Below are positions 35,060 to 47,470 of a stretch of 64,000 nucleotides of DNA, one piece after another (position 1 is the stretch's first letter; the number at the start of each line of letters is the position of its first letter). Location of the stretch: NCBI RefSeq assembly GCF_963921235.1, contig NC_086108.1:95668001-95732000 (forward strand), given 5' to 3'. A program made the translations under genes and the position numbers. A model generated the notes under the pieces. It worked only from the letters and a program-made list of their open reading frames with translations. It did no database searches and was not told where the DNA came from. The DNA is from Mobula hypostoma (Eukaryota).

Positions 35060-35580
35060 AACTAGTCAAATACCATGTGCAGGTAGAGCAGTGGCAGGGA
35101 CTGGGGTGGAGGGCATGACACGAGCCTATAGAGCTGGTGTGTAGAGGTTTTGCTGGCTGCTCGTTGTGTAGAACCTACTCTCTCCTTGGAATTCAATCAC
35201 AAACAAGATAAAGTCTGTAGACGCTGGGAAACCAAGCAGCACACACAAAATGCTGGAGGAGCTCAGGAGGCCAGACAGCATCTATGGGAGGAGAAAGAGT
35301 ACAGTCCACGTTTCGGACTGAAGCCCTTCGGCTGGACCTTGGCATTATGGGGGCTATAAAGAAGAGCCATCAGGACCATCACAGAAACTGCTGAGTGAGC
35401 CTCCAGATGGCTATGGATCAAGAGGTGTGACCTGTGAACCATTGCTACTGGGACCACAAGCCAGGGCCCGATCGACCCTGACTGGGTCACCTGGGCGAGG
35501 CTGTCTGATGTGAAAGACCCGAAACCCCCCATGACCCCAGGTTATATCACTGATGATGTGTCCCAGCACATCCTAGGATT
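35060..35580 (+). mobile_element. 3' end of an RLE-type (R2/HERO-like) non-LTR retrotransposon, interrupted by a PLE pLTR (~35195-35337, minus)
   Basis: EPIELVCRGFAGCSLCRTYSLLGI..RRAIRTITETAE*ASRWLWIKR resembles the recalled HERO restriction-like endonuclease C-terminus; ccttgg(a/c)att duplicated around the PLE insert. Confidence 0.7.
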
Positions 35581-35739
35581 AATCTCCGGCATCATAACCA
35601 CATTTAAATTTAGGAAAAGAGCGGCAAGAGACAAACTGTGCGCTCAGTATTATAGTCCTTCAGCGCGGAAACAGGTCATTCGGCCCAACTAGCCCATACT
35701 GTCCAATAAGCCCAAGTTAGACCCATTTCATTGAGTCAA

Positions 35740-36020
35740 TCACAGGACAGCAGAAGCCGCCGACAAGGGCAAGCTGCAGCGTAAGGAAGGCCGCTGCCCA
35801 TGCGGGTGGCACATCCCAGAGTCGGGCCGCAGCCCTCAGCCGGATAGCTGCAGACAGACACTCCCCGAGCTACTGGCCGAGGATTACCACCCCGGTCCAG
35901 CCCTCCGCCCCATTCGCCCGCCTCACTCCACCTGAAGGGCGGTGCTGACGATGGCAACCCCGCCCGTTGCCATGATCCTGACGTCACGAATCGCACACGT
36001 GACAGGCGACTGGGCACTTC
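35740..36020 (-). promoter_or_regulatory. CpG-rich SPO16 promoter/first-exon island with CRE (TGACGTCA 35979-86) and E-box (CACGTG 35996-36001)
   Basis: Local GC/CpG enrichment in an AT-rich background; both motifs lie within 30 nt upstream of the ATG. Confidence 0.7.
35932..35973 (-). CDS. C1orf146: SPO16/C1orf146 first coding exon (MATGGVAIVSTALQ)
   Basis: atcATGG Kozak context, CAG|gtggag donor, phase 0, inside a CpG island; aligns to human TTIIISSSLK; gives a 168-aa protein with exons 2-5. Confidence 0.8.
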
Positions 36021-36669
36021 CAAGGATCTGGGAATATCCACTCCAGCGTCAATAGTTAATTAGATACCAATTACCGTGTGAGATTGTTTCCAAAATACAC
36101 TTGTTGCAAAGGTGAACGTTAGCAAACTTGCACAGACTGCACTTTCTACTTTCCGGTTTAAACCTATTAAAAACAAAGCATGCAAGAAGTTCAGATTGCG
36201 GAGACCAAGGAGCATTTCAGGGAGGCATACAACATATAACAAACCAAAATTAAATCCTTGCGGTGGAGGGAATGTGAAAATGGCTAACACGAGTAACAGC
36301 AACTTGAGGATGGACTATTAAAAAAAGTCAAATATTTAATCTCCACAGGGTAAAGACCAAGGGAAGAAGAAAAAGGGAATAGAAGTGAATTGGTGCTGGG
36401 AAAGACAAAGGGAATGGGCTGGTGGATTCCTCTCAGGAGTCGCCATGAATTTAGTTAAGCAAATTGTATATTTCTGTCGCATAAATATTACGAAACATTA
36501 ACTATCACACAAAGCTTTACCACACTCTTACCCTGGGAATTAAGTAGCATGCAACTTTAATATTCTAGTTTATAAATGTAAAAATAAAATAGTAGTAAAA
36601 TTATAAAGCCAACATTTCATTGTTTAAGCAATTTTGAAACCACATGCACAATTCTCAACACCCATAAAT

Positions 36670-36858
36670 AGAGTAGCAACAGGTCAGGCAACATCAAAGG
36701 AAAAGAATAAACAGTTGATGTTTTGGGCTGAGACCCTGCTTCAGGACTGAAAGGTTTTGGCTTCTTTTCCATAGATGCTGCCTGACCTGCTGAGTTCCTC
36801 CAGCGTTTGGTGTGTTGCTTTGGATTTCCAGCATTTGCAGACTTCCTCGTGTTTGTGA
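36670..36858. mobile_element. Fold-back PLE pLTR element
   Basis: caggtcaggcaacatc..gagaccctgcttcaggactgaaagg..gatgctgcctgacctgctg inverted arms. Confidence 0.75.
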
Positions 36859-37023
36859 TTCACTAAGATGTGTATTTCAGTTTTTGTTTGGGAAAAGTGT
36901 TGGACATGTCATTCTGAAAACATCAAAACCATATGAAATAGGAAATTGGGATATTTCCTTGTAAAAATGTAGTATTTAGTTAAAACAAAGTTCAAGACAA
37001 GCTTAATAGTTAATAGATTTTGT

Positions 37024-37029
37024 TTTATT
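37024..37029 (-). terminator. Candidate BTBD8 polyadenylation signal (alternatives at 37438 and 37871)
   Basis: AATAAA on the minus strand at the end of an AU-rich 3'UTR-like stretch. Confidence 0.4.
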
Positions 37030-38403
37030 GTCTTCCTCTACTTTCACATCAGCAAACCCACCTTTTGGAGCTTAGAAGTTGTATATCTCAGCTACAACAA
37101 ATTTACTTACATTGTAATACAAAGGGAAAATATTGTTACTCCTTTTTTTCCAAAATCATGTATGACTTGCATAGAGGAAATGGAAATCTGCATATTCATT
37201 TTAAAAAGCTGCACATATGAACAACCACCATCTTATGTAATGTAATCCTATTTAGTCCTTTTCTCTTGCATTGGTCTGTGTTGATTCCTTTATATACAGT
37301 AATTTTGACTATAGGTTGGGAATTGCTTCTGTTCAAAAGAGGCAGATTTTGAAATGCAGTTCTGATGAAAGGTCATTAACTGTTTCTCTGTGACTAACTA
37401 CTGCCTGACCAGTTGAATGTTTCCAGGACTACTTGTGTTTATTTCAGATCTCCAGCACTTTGCAACGAGTTCCAAACCTGTTTAGTGTGTATCCTGCACA
37501 GCCTCAGGAAGGACAATTTTAAACTGACATCTAAACTTAAGTTGCAGCGAGGCTCCAGCTACAAGGCCAAGTTCCTTAAAATCAGTTCTGTTTCTTCAGA
37601 CAAGTTCTCCATTGATGCTGGGGCAGTGATCTAAAGGATAATCACGGGCAGTTCAATTTCAACATTTAAAATAAATAGGTGTAATATTAAAGAAAATCTT
37701 ATTTCACAAGTCTGAATTATTTAGAGATTTCTCTGTGAAACTAATTGTTCTAGGAGATGCTTCATGTGTCTTAATATACAATATGCCTATTCATGCCACC
37801 ATTTCAATTATCAGCATTTGCAGGGTATATGCTCACATAAGATTATAGTTCACATTTAGAGATTTTGCAGTTTATTTTATCAAAGAGTTAAATTAATTCA
37901 GATCTTGCGTCCCTGGACATCAACATATATTTCAAAAAAAAACTTCAAGGTTAAAAAAAACAGTGCAAATACCAAGGGTACTTTAGATTCCAGACTAGAC
38001 CTTGTAGAGTACAGATCTGTTAAGGAATGTGACCCTACTCACAAACTAATTGAGTTTTTTTAAAAAAAAAACAGAAACTTCTAATAAGCTGATTAATGCT
38101 ATCAAAAACTAAAATGAATTTAGTTTAATAACATTTTACATTATGAAAATGTGAATGTTTACCCTCCCAGTTTTAGACATACAAACCAATAATTTATAAG
38201 ATATTTATAACTCATGATTATCCTAGGACACAAAGATATTTACAAGACAATTCCCTTAATGGTATATTATACTTAATTTTACATTGTAAGTTTTACTGCT
38301 GCATCCAGCATGACCCAGGTGATAATACCTGGTTAAGACTGAGAGAGAAGTGGACCTAGTAACAGTTCATACTTACACCTCTGTTCACATTTCAGAGGGT
38401 ATG

Positions 38404-38873
38404 CTAGTGATGAGTTTCCAGTTCTACAATTGTCCATTCTCCCTGTGGGGACGCTGATTCCTCAGGGGAGAAACTAGCCATTGTAATGCTAGCTGCCGAG
38501 TCCTCCAAAGGAGATAGCAATTCAGTCCATTTACAGAGCGCCTCTTTTTCAAATGCAATTTTACTCGGCATTTTAGCAGCATCTCTAGAAAGAAAAAGCG
38601 TTTGGTTGATAAGATACTGAGCTAGGTTGACATCTTCAGGCAGGCAGTCGACGACACCGTAACTTGGGTCCTGATCTCCAATTAGTTGCTTACGCAGTAT
38701 CCAGTCTCTCTCTGCAAAGTGTTCACTTTCCTTCTGTGGCAAACGGTTCACTTCCAGCTCTGAGCTCCGTTCCATATCCTCTATTATTTCCACCTCGTAT
38801 ATGGGAGAAAGGGTTTTTGAAGGGTGACGATCATGTGCGTAGTTTTGTGATCGGTCAGGATCAGCTAAGTCTC
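38404..38873 (-). CDS. BTBD8: BTBD8/KIAA1107 (APache) terminal exon
   Basis: gtttcag| acceptor; PSKTLSPIYE..LAQYLINQTLFLSRD..SITMASFS..SPQGEWTIVELETHH* matches the recalled KIAA1107 C-terminus. Confidence 0.96.
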
Positions 38874-40499
38874 CTGAAACAATTGATAATACTATACATT
38901 GTAAAAATTCTGATGTAACCAGATACTTAGATTGGGGCTGCTGCAGTCTATCTTGCGTATCTCTTTACAGGAATGATTACAATGATGGTAATAAATGAAT
39001 TGTACTATGGTCTTAAGGGTGATGAAAAGGTAGAAATTAATATATGACAATTAAATTAATACATGCACGTATAGGAAATGAGAATGATTAAAGTATTCAT
39101 GTAATTTAATTAATCCTGAAACATATCACCACTGAAATTATTCTGTCAAGTATTTTACAAGTGTTCAGTGTCAACTTTTCAAATTAGTTTTCATTTTAAG
39201 GAGGCATTTTCTTGTTCAAAATTGATCTGCTAAAACAGGAGGGGAAAAAAAAGGTGACAAGTCATTCAGCTATGACACAGTTTTGAAGCCTTCAATTCCA
39301 GGAAAAGCTGAGGTAGCAGACAATGTGATGTTTGTTAGTAGTGCTTGGGGGGAGGGGGAGGGGGTCACACTTATTAATTCCTTCATCATTCAGCCAGCTA
39401 ATCAAATTGTAGTTTGCCACACTGAAGTTCAATTAAGCTTCAGTTGTCATCATTTTAATTTCAGGTACTGCTGAGTGCATGTTAATGTTCTGTGTATGAT
39501 TTGGTTCTGAATGGTGCTCTGTAAATTGGGAAGTGCAACTGTACACAAATTTAAAAAAAATGTCAGGACATCCGATGTAATTTTATTAGGTTAGTCAACC
39601 AGTTAAAAGAGCAATCATTCGTCAAGCAAAATATCCAGTAGGAACCTCAAGTATCATTACTAAGTAAATCAGAGTCATCAGTTAGACAATTTAAATACAT
39701 TTGGCTTAATTTATCAGGAATACAAGCATAAATATTCTGAAATACATTCTGGACAAAACAAATACAGTATGCACAATACATTATGTTCTTGGACTGTTCC
39801 CTCAAATCCAATTACTATTGATTTACAGAACAGTTTACATTATTACTATTAATATTTCAGTGCAAATGTAGTTTAGATTCTTTCAACGGGCAAAGTAGCA
39901 TTTCTCATGTCTTGAGACCACATCACTTCAGTTCAAAGTTTGAAAAAAAACACGTTTACAAATCAGTCTTTGCAATGAGTCTAAATCTAATTACTTTGGC
40001 ATTCTACCCACTCGAGGGGCTTTGTGTCAGTTTAACCTTTGCATGCCTGCATTCATGGATTCAACGTGCAATAGATCTCCATGAAGCTCCACTTATAAAA
40101 TAATCTGGATTGAACACATTCCGTTATATTACACATCTATCAAATACATGGCTTTGGCTAAATGGTTTTCAATGTTATATACAGAAAAATGACCAGAAAA
40201 TTCTAGAGTGCAGATTCTTCCCACTGTTATTAAGATATATAAATAAGCACAGTCCTACATTCATGCTAACAGTTAATGGGGAGAAATGTACAATGTTCAC
40301 ATTTAACAATTCTAAACATAGTTACCTTGGAAACTCAAACCCTTCTATTGCATTTTGCAGTTTAAAAAATCCTAGAGTTCTGCAAACTTAATCAATCTGG
40401 TCTTAGTTTCAATTCCTTATATAAGTGCAAGTTGATAGAGAAACCCCAGTGCCATCTTCAGACCAAGCGGTATCAAAAGTTAATTATGGTATACATTAC

Positions 40500-42752
40500 C
40501 TGTTAGCAAAGTATTATTAGGTGGTTCACTGGATGTTGGATGGTACCCTTGCACATGCCCTTTTCCCATGTTTGCTACGTTATCAATTGTGTTAATGCCA
40601 TCTGTTACAAAGCTCTCGCTATGTTCGGTGGAAGAGTGCTCCTTTTGGCAGAGCTGCAAATGACTGGGTCTTTCCTGAGGTCTGCTGTCACTGTTACCAC
40701 CACCATCACCACTACCGTCCACAGTGGCTGGCTGGATGCTATCTTTTACAGGTAACACATTGTCCTCCTGCTGTCCTTCCGGTGCGCTTATGCCCGTTGA
40801 ATCCTTTCCCGTGGGCTGATTTTGTCCCTCAGCCAGCGAGTTAACGACGAGGTGGGGAGCAACAGGAGCAGTGTCCGTTTGTTTCCCTCGCTCCGCTTCT
40901 GTCAAGTCAGCTTGCCAAGCTGTACCGTTACCTACGGTAGTGGCACCATCTGCAGTCGGTGACGGGCTGGGAACTTTCGACTGCCTTTTAGACTGCTTTG
41001 GAAAGTCATAGTTCAAAAAATCATCCTCAATTTCCAGTGAGTATCGGGAATAGTAGGTCTTCCCATGATGCTGGTAACTGCCCTCGTGGGAACCTCCTTC
41101 AAATACATCTGAGGGAGTAAGAGAATCCAAAGAACAGGCCGGGGTTTCGGCCTCTCCCTCATCGGAACCAAGCTCCTCACACTCATCCACAGACAGCAGG
41201 ACCGACCGTTTAAAGTTCGCGGCCGAGGGGAAGTTTGTAACCTCGGCCTCAATTTCAGTAACATCTTCAAAAGCCAGGTTGTCAATACCCTGGAAGTGGT
41301 AGATAGTCTGCTCAGGAGGAGGAGGAGGGGCAGAAACAGTGGGAGGGAACATTTCCTCAGAATTCTCTATTTCAGACTTTTCTTCAGTAACTTCACTCAA
41401 AGACAAGAGATCTGAGGCAACATCTAATTTATCAGCAGTGGTCATCATCGGGTCCTCACTGCTTTCCTCAATTGCTTTAGTTCCTTGATGAGAGATTTTG
41501 AAACCATGATCACTTCCTGACTCTACTGCACCAATCTGACTATGAGGCTCCACACCTTTCATTTTAACTTCTACTTTTAACCCACTGTCGTATTCCTTAA
41601 GTTCTTCAGGCGTACTGGTGTCACTGCTACTTCTTCCGAGAAAGTCACGACAAACCACGGTACTGCATTTGGAAATGCCCCTCTCATTTGATCCGTCATC
41701 ATCTTGGGAGCCTCCAGCATCGTAGTCCTCAGAATTAGGTTTTATATCATCAGATGACGTTGTTGCACTTCCAGTGTCTGTGTCTGGGCTTTGTTTTGGG
41801 AATGAAGTGTCTGAAGCTGGATACACTTCTGTACCCAGGTTCCAAGAGTCCACTAACAGAGTTTCTACACTCTCCTGATTTTCTCCAACGCTTGGTGAAT
41901 TAACTTCTTCAGGCAAGTCAACGCGCTTTAAGTTAAGTTCTGGCTCTTCGCTGGTCTGGTTAGCAGGTGTTGCAGTAACATAATGAGAACTTCCTCTTTG
42001 GACATGGTCTTCCTCTGAGATCTTATCTTCCAGAAGGAATTTCTGTTTGGTTTCCGAATCACTTGGGGATGCCTTATTTGTCACTGCTGAAGGCTGATGC
42101 TGGGTAGCCCTTTGATCTGACTTCCCACAAGATTGTCCATCATCTTCAGAGCATTCATTAACAGCTGCCTTATTCACAATTTCCTCTAAAGCACTTGCTT
42201 TTTCAGGAGGTTTGGACTGAATACTGGAACTCAAGTTTTGTTGAAGACTTTCCAAATTCTGCTCCCCTTCCACCAACTTACAACTATTTAATGGTGATGC
42301 ATCAAAATTTGGGCTGGGTTCTAATGGATTACTTGCTCCTGCTTGAACAGATTCACGTTCAAAACATTCCACACTTTTCACATTGTGATGCGGGGAATTT
42401 GGAGCTACCTTATCATGGCAAGTAGAAGTGGACCTTTTCAATCCTGAACCAGTTTTGTTTGTGGCAGTAAGCACCTTAGTTGAAGGTTTTCTTACGTTAG
42501 GTAACGATGCGCTTCTCTCTTTCAGTGCAGCCTTATTCGAATGCGTAGGTGTTCTGGTGCCAGTTTGTACCATTTTCTTTACATTTGTCCTCAGCGGTGT
42601 GGAGCCAGCTGGTTTTCCAGCTTTAGAGTTAGATTTTGTAAACATTTCATTGGAGGCCGTTACTTTCTCATTGTTTGGAACTTTGTTAGCCAGCTTTAAA
42701 GCATCAGTTGTTTCTGAAGCAGGGCTCATTTTTCCTGGACCCACCTTTGGAT
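40500..42752 (-). CDS. BTBD8: BTBD8/KIAA1107 large 2253-nt exon
   Basis: atcttag| acceptor, G|gtaatg donor, phase 1->1; DTGSATTSSDDIKP, GGSQDDDGSN, DFLGRSSSDTSTPEELK, FKRSVLLSVDECEELGSDEGE conserved with human. Confidence 0.97.
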
Positions 42753-43089
42753 CTAAGATTATAATAGAAAGGTTAAAATTGCAAACATATTTTCCTTATA
42801 GAACTTTTTATAAAAATGTACATTACACTACATAAGGGAACAAATAAAGACTAAAAATACGTTCCAGAAAATGGCATTTTAAAACATGAAACCAACAACT
42901 TTGTGGATTTAAAATAATAATGTAATATATAAATGTTTACCCTTTGATGAGTTTTATTTTTCGATTATGTTTCCAATTTCCTCTTAAAAGCATCCATGTG
43001 AGTTATCTCAATCTTCCATGCAGTAAAAAGTTCCACATTCTAACGGTTTTCTGTGTAGAACTTCTCCGAAGTTACAATCACCATCAGAG

Positions 43090-44110
43090 TTGACACCACA
43101 ACAACCATCACAATTTATATAATGCCTTTAATCGAGTGAAAGAAACCATGGTAATCAACCTCTGGCCCCTTGCCCTCACCACCTCACTAGATTTATTCGT
43201 TGCTGACAACATGTTATTGACTATATCAAGTTTTCCACTACACTTACTCATTCTACCACTTCTAATTCCAATATTGCCATCGATCTTATTGACAAAATTG
43301 GTGCTTTTGTTTGCCCAACTGACAGACATCAAAGCAGCTCCCTGACATCACCTCATTCCTCCTGTTGGACCACGACCCAACAACAGAACACAGACCTTCA
43401 TCTCCAACACTCATGGACCCAACTTCCTTTGAAGATTTTCCCTCCAGACTCCAATCTGTCTCTCCAACCACAGTAGGCCCATTTCTTCTTCTGACCCAAG
43501 ATCCATAAGGACAGCTCTCGTAGACCCATTATTTAAACCTGCTTTTTCTACATTGAACCTATGTCTCCATCTCTCTCCCTTTGTCCAATTGCTTCTCACA
43601 TCTACAACACCTCTACACCTTCTGCAATTTTGACAACTTCCTATTTTCTTGGCTCTAGAGCAGGGGTTCCCAACTTGGGGTCCACGGACCCCTCAGTTAA
43701 TGGTAATGCTCCATGGCATAAAATAGGTTGGGAACTCTGCTCTGGAGGCTCATTTCATTACGAACATCCATCTCCTCTGTATATCCATCCCATATCAGAA
43801 TGGTCTGAGGCCCCTTCGCTTCTTCCACAAACAGAGGCCTCCAACATTACTCTTCCTCAACAGGCCGAATCTTCTACAACTAGTGTAACTCTATCAAAGG
43901 TGCAGATATGGCAGCAAAACAGATTATGTTGCAAATCATGTAGTATCTGTGGAAAAGACACCCCCACCTCCACACACCCAGAACACTTTGGAGGTTGCCT
44001 TCCAGCTCACAATTGCCATGTTCAACACAGCATTCATTAAATTCCAGCATCTTCAACCAGATGCCACAATCAGATATCAACATCCAAACCCCCAGCATTT
44101 CATTCTCTTC
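43090..44110 (+). mobile_element. Old degenerate PLE-like RT fragment
   Basis: Weak remnants (atcaaaggtgcagatatggc ~ KGVAMG; ttccagcatcttcaaccagatgccaca similar to the PLE at 28550-28600); boundaries uncertain. Confidence 0.4.
43661..43739. mobile_element. 79-bp hAT (Charlie-type) MITE
   Basis: TIR caggggttcccaac / gttgggaactctg; 8-bp TSD CTCTAGAG / CTCTGGAG. Confidence 0.85.
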
Positions 44111-44175
44111 ATTACTACCTTGCTTATTTTATAGGATACAATATACATAAAAATTGTGTGGGATATTGAGGGTAC

Positions 44176-44315
44176 CTTTGACCTTGCCAGCTGCCCCTGA
44201 TGCTCCCTTTGCTCTTTGCTGAGCAGATGGGTCGTTACTACTGTGCCATGCTCTCTTCAACTGAGCCTGTGGCATTGCTTCCTCTTTATTTTGTACCTTC
44301 TGCTTGTTGGGCACA
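44176..44315 (-). CDS. BTBD8: BTBD8/KIAA1107 exon (VPNKQKVQNKEEAMPQAQLKRAWHSSNDPSAQQRAKGASGAAGKVK)
   Basis: tttgctag| acceptor, G|gtaccc donor, 140 nt, phase 2->1; resembles human PQAILKKR..AAQQRTK. Confidence 0.85.
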
Positions 44316-44779
44316 CTAGCAAAGACACACATAACAAAAATTAATTCATACTGGAGACAGTGAAGCATCACAAAATTCAAATACAGCACAGATTCAGTCG
44401 CCTTGGGACATTGCTCTGGAATTACTTCCTAAACCATTCCAATTCCATTACTCCCATTCCTTAAAGACCCTACTTTGATGTCAGTATTGTGCACCAGACA
44501 GCCGACAGATTCCTGATTTCCAAGCTTAAACCTGTGTTCCATTCACTTGTGAAAATCTGTACGAGTGCTGTTTGAATTTGTTTTAAGTTATTTGAATTCT
44601 CTTCAAAGGAAATACATTAATCCAGCAGGGGGCACCAAACCTACATTAAAACAGATTCCTCTTTATACCTCACTATGTCCAATAAAATCTGTTAATTTAT
44701 AGCAATGCTGTGCACTAAGTTATTTAAATTGTTAAGTCTTTACAGACAAGGTTTTGCTGTTCCGTGATCATTTAAGAGA

Positions 44780-45335
44780 TGCATGCTTCCATCTTACCAC
44801 TGTGTGGTAACCAAAAACATTTAAAAATCTCTACAGATGTACGGTGGACAGCATTTAAACTGGCCACATCTGGTATGGGGGGTCGGGGCCACTGCACAGG
44901 ATTGAGAGTTGTAAACTTAGTCAGCTCCATCATAGGCACTAGCCTCTGTAGTATCCAAGACATCTTCAAGGAGCGGCGCCTCAAAAAGGCAGCGTCCATC
45001 ATTAAGGACCCCCATCACCCAGGACAGGCCCTCTTCTCATCAGGGAGGAGGTACAGAAGCCTGAAGCTGCACATTCAAAGATTCAGCAGCAGTTTCTTCC
45101 TTCCTGCCACCCGATTTCTGAATGGACACTGAATGCATGTACCCTACCTCACTACTTGTTTCTAAATTTCCTATCTTTTCCACTACTTATTTAATGTAAC
45201 TAATATATACACACACACATGCATTTACTATAATTCAGTTTTCTTCTTTCTCTCCATTATCAGGTATTGTATTTTACTGCTGTCGCAAAGTTAACAAATC
45301 TCACAACGTGTGCCAGTGATACTGATTCTGATTCT
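44780..45335 (+). mobile_element. Rex1/Babar-like LINE 3' end
   Basis: SIQDIFKERRLKKAASIIKDPHHPGQALFSSGRRYRSLK; (ctgatt)n tail. Confidence 0.8.
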
Positions 45336-45519
45336 GCTCGAGAACGATCAACACACAGATATTCTGTCGTCTCAAGTGGATGAATTCCTGCAACTTTAAT
45401 ACCTTGGACCAGGTCAACGTCTCACTGCAGCAACCATTAATATATTCAAATCCCTCATTATAGTACTGGTGGGGGGAAGGGGAATGGCAAGAGGGTAGGG
45501 ACACTTATTTATAGGACAC

Positions 45520-46945
45520 GGAACAATACAACACCATATGGCCCCTTCAGGCCACAATGTTGTGCCGACTAACAGTACATAAACCAATTCCACGGTCAAT
45601 CTTATCTCTCCATCTTATGTAGCCCATAGGTATCCATTTTCCTTTCGTTCATGTGCCTATCCAAGAGTGTCTTAAACATCACTATTGTATCACCCTCAAA
45701 CACCACCCCGGCAGTGCATTCCAGCTACTTACTGCTGCGTAAAAAGCCTTCCTCTGATATCACCCCTAAAATTTCCTCCATTCACTTTACCGTAAAAGTG
45801 TAGTCAGGTATACGCCCCAGGAAAAAGGAATTGGCTGTCCACTCTATTTATGGCTCTTATTATCTTATACACCTCAATCAAGTTGGCTCTCGTTCTCCTT
45901 CACTCCAAAGAGAAAAGCCCCAGCTTGCTGAACCTTTTCGTACAAGACAAGCTCTCTAATCCAGACAGCATCCAAGGGATCTCCTCAGCACCCTCTCTAA
46001 AGCTTTCACAACCTTCCTATAATGAAGCAAGCAGTACCCCAAATATGGTATCACCAGAGTTTAACAGAACTGCACCATTACCTTGCAGCTCTTGAAGTCA
46101 ATCCTGTGGCTAATGAAGGCCAACACACTATATGTCATCTTAGCCACCGTCAACTTGTGGGTGGTAACTTTGAGGGATATGTGGACTTGGATACCTAGAT
46201 CACTTTGTTCCTCCTCACTGTTAAGATTCCTGTCATTAACCCTGTATTCTGCTTTCCAATCCGACCCTCCAAAGTGTAACACTTCACACCCTTCTGGATG
46301 GAACTCCCATCTGCCACTTTTCAACCCAGCTCTACATCCTGACAACCTTCTCCATTCTACACCAACCTTCGTGTCATCGGCAAACTTGTTAACCCAAACT
46401 TCCACATACTCATCCAAGTCATTTATAAAAGTCACAAAGAGCAGGGATCCCAGAACAGATCCCCGTGTAACCTACTAGTCACCTACCTCCAAGGCAGAAA
46501 GCACTCCATCTACTGTTTTCTGTGGGATAGTCAATTCCGAATCCACACTGCCAAATTTCGATGGATCACATTCCTTCAGAATATTTGGATGGGCCTTCCA
46601 TGGGGAAAGTTGATAAAAGTCCTTACTAAAATCGACGTACATCACATCCACTGCTCTACCTTCAATAATCAGTTTTGTCACTTCCTTAAAAAGGACTATT
46701 AGGCTTGTGCAGCACGACCTGCCCCTCACAAAGTCATACTGCCAGTCTCTAATAGGACAATGCTTCTTCAAATGCTCATAAATCTTGAACCCAAGAATCT
46801 TCTCCTAGTTTGCCCACCACTGGTGTAAGATTCACTGGTCTATAATTCCCAGGAATATCCCTATTACATTTCTTGACATAAAGGAACAACACTTGCTAAC
46901 TTCCAGTTCTCTGGTTCTACTCCTGTGAGCAGTGAGGGTGCAAAG
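45520..46945 (-). mobile_element. CR1 LINE RT fragment
   Basis: FINDLDEYVEVWVNKFADDTKVG; DFVRGRSCCTSLI; VDVMYVDFSKDF. Confidence 0.85.
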
Positions 46946-46949
46946 AATG

Positions 46950-47470
46950 CCAGTGGGCAGCACAGTAACATTTTAGCGACTAGCATTTGACAGCATCAGT
47001 GATCAGACTTCAATTCCCACTGCTCTCGGTACAGAGTCTGTACATTCTCCCCGTGATTGCATGGGCTCTCAGTACAGAGTCTGTACATTCTCCCCGTGAT
47101 TGCATGGGCTCTCAGTACAGAGTCTGTACATTCTCCCCGTGATTGCATGGGCTCTCGGTCCAGAGTCTGTACATTCTCCCCGTGATTGCATGGGCTCTCG
47201 GTACAGAGTCTGTACATTCTCCCCGTGATTGCATGGGCTCTCAGTACAGAGTCTGTACATTCTCCCTGTGATTGCATGGGCTTCCTCCAGTTTTCTCCCA
47301 CATACATTCCAAAGATATACGGGTTGTCAGTTGCGAACATGCTATGTTGGTGTCGAAGCTTGCCGCCACTTGCAGGCTTCTCCCAGCACATCCTCAGACT
47401 GTGTTGGTCTTTGACGCAAATGACGCAGTTCATTATTTGTTTCGATATACGCGTGACAATTAAATCTAAT
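46950..47470 (+). mobile_element. V-SINE-type element with internal tandem amplification
   Basis: Head ttcaattcccactgct, V-domain, tail tgacaattaaatctaatct; an unamplified relative is at 56372-56665. Confidence 0.75.
47024..47281 (+). repeat. Minisatellite, 6 x 43 bp (tctc(a/g)gtacagagtctgtacattctccccgtgattgcatgggc)
   Basis: Equivalent positions at 47031, 47074, 47117, 47160, 47203, 47246; near-identical units. Confidence 0.97.

Noticed and set aside
42428..42835. Antisense ORFs overlapping BTBD8 exons and CR1 ORFs
   Set aside because: Shadow ORFs on the opposite strand of real coding or TE sequence
47024..47281. CRISPR-like array of palindromic repeats
   Set aside because: Units are contiguous with no unique spacers, derive from a SINE core, and there are no cas genes; vertebrate context
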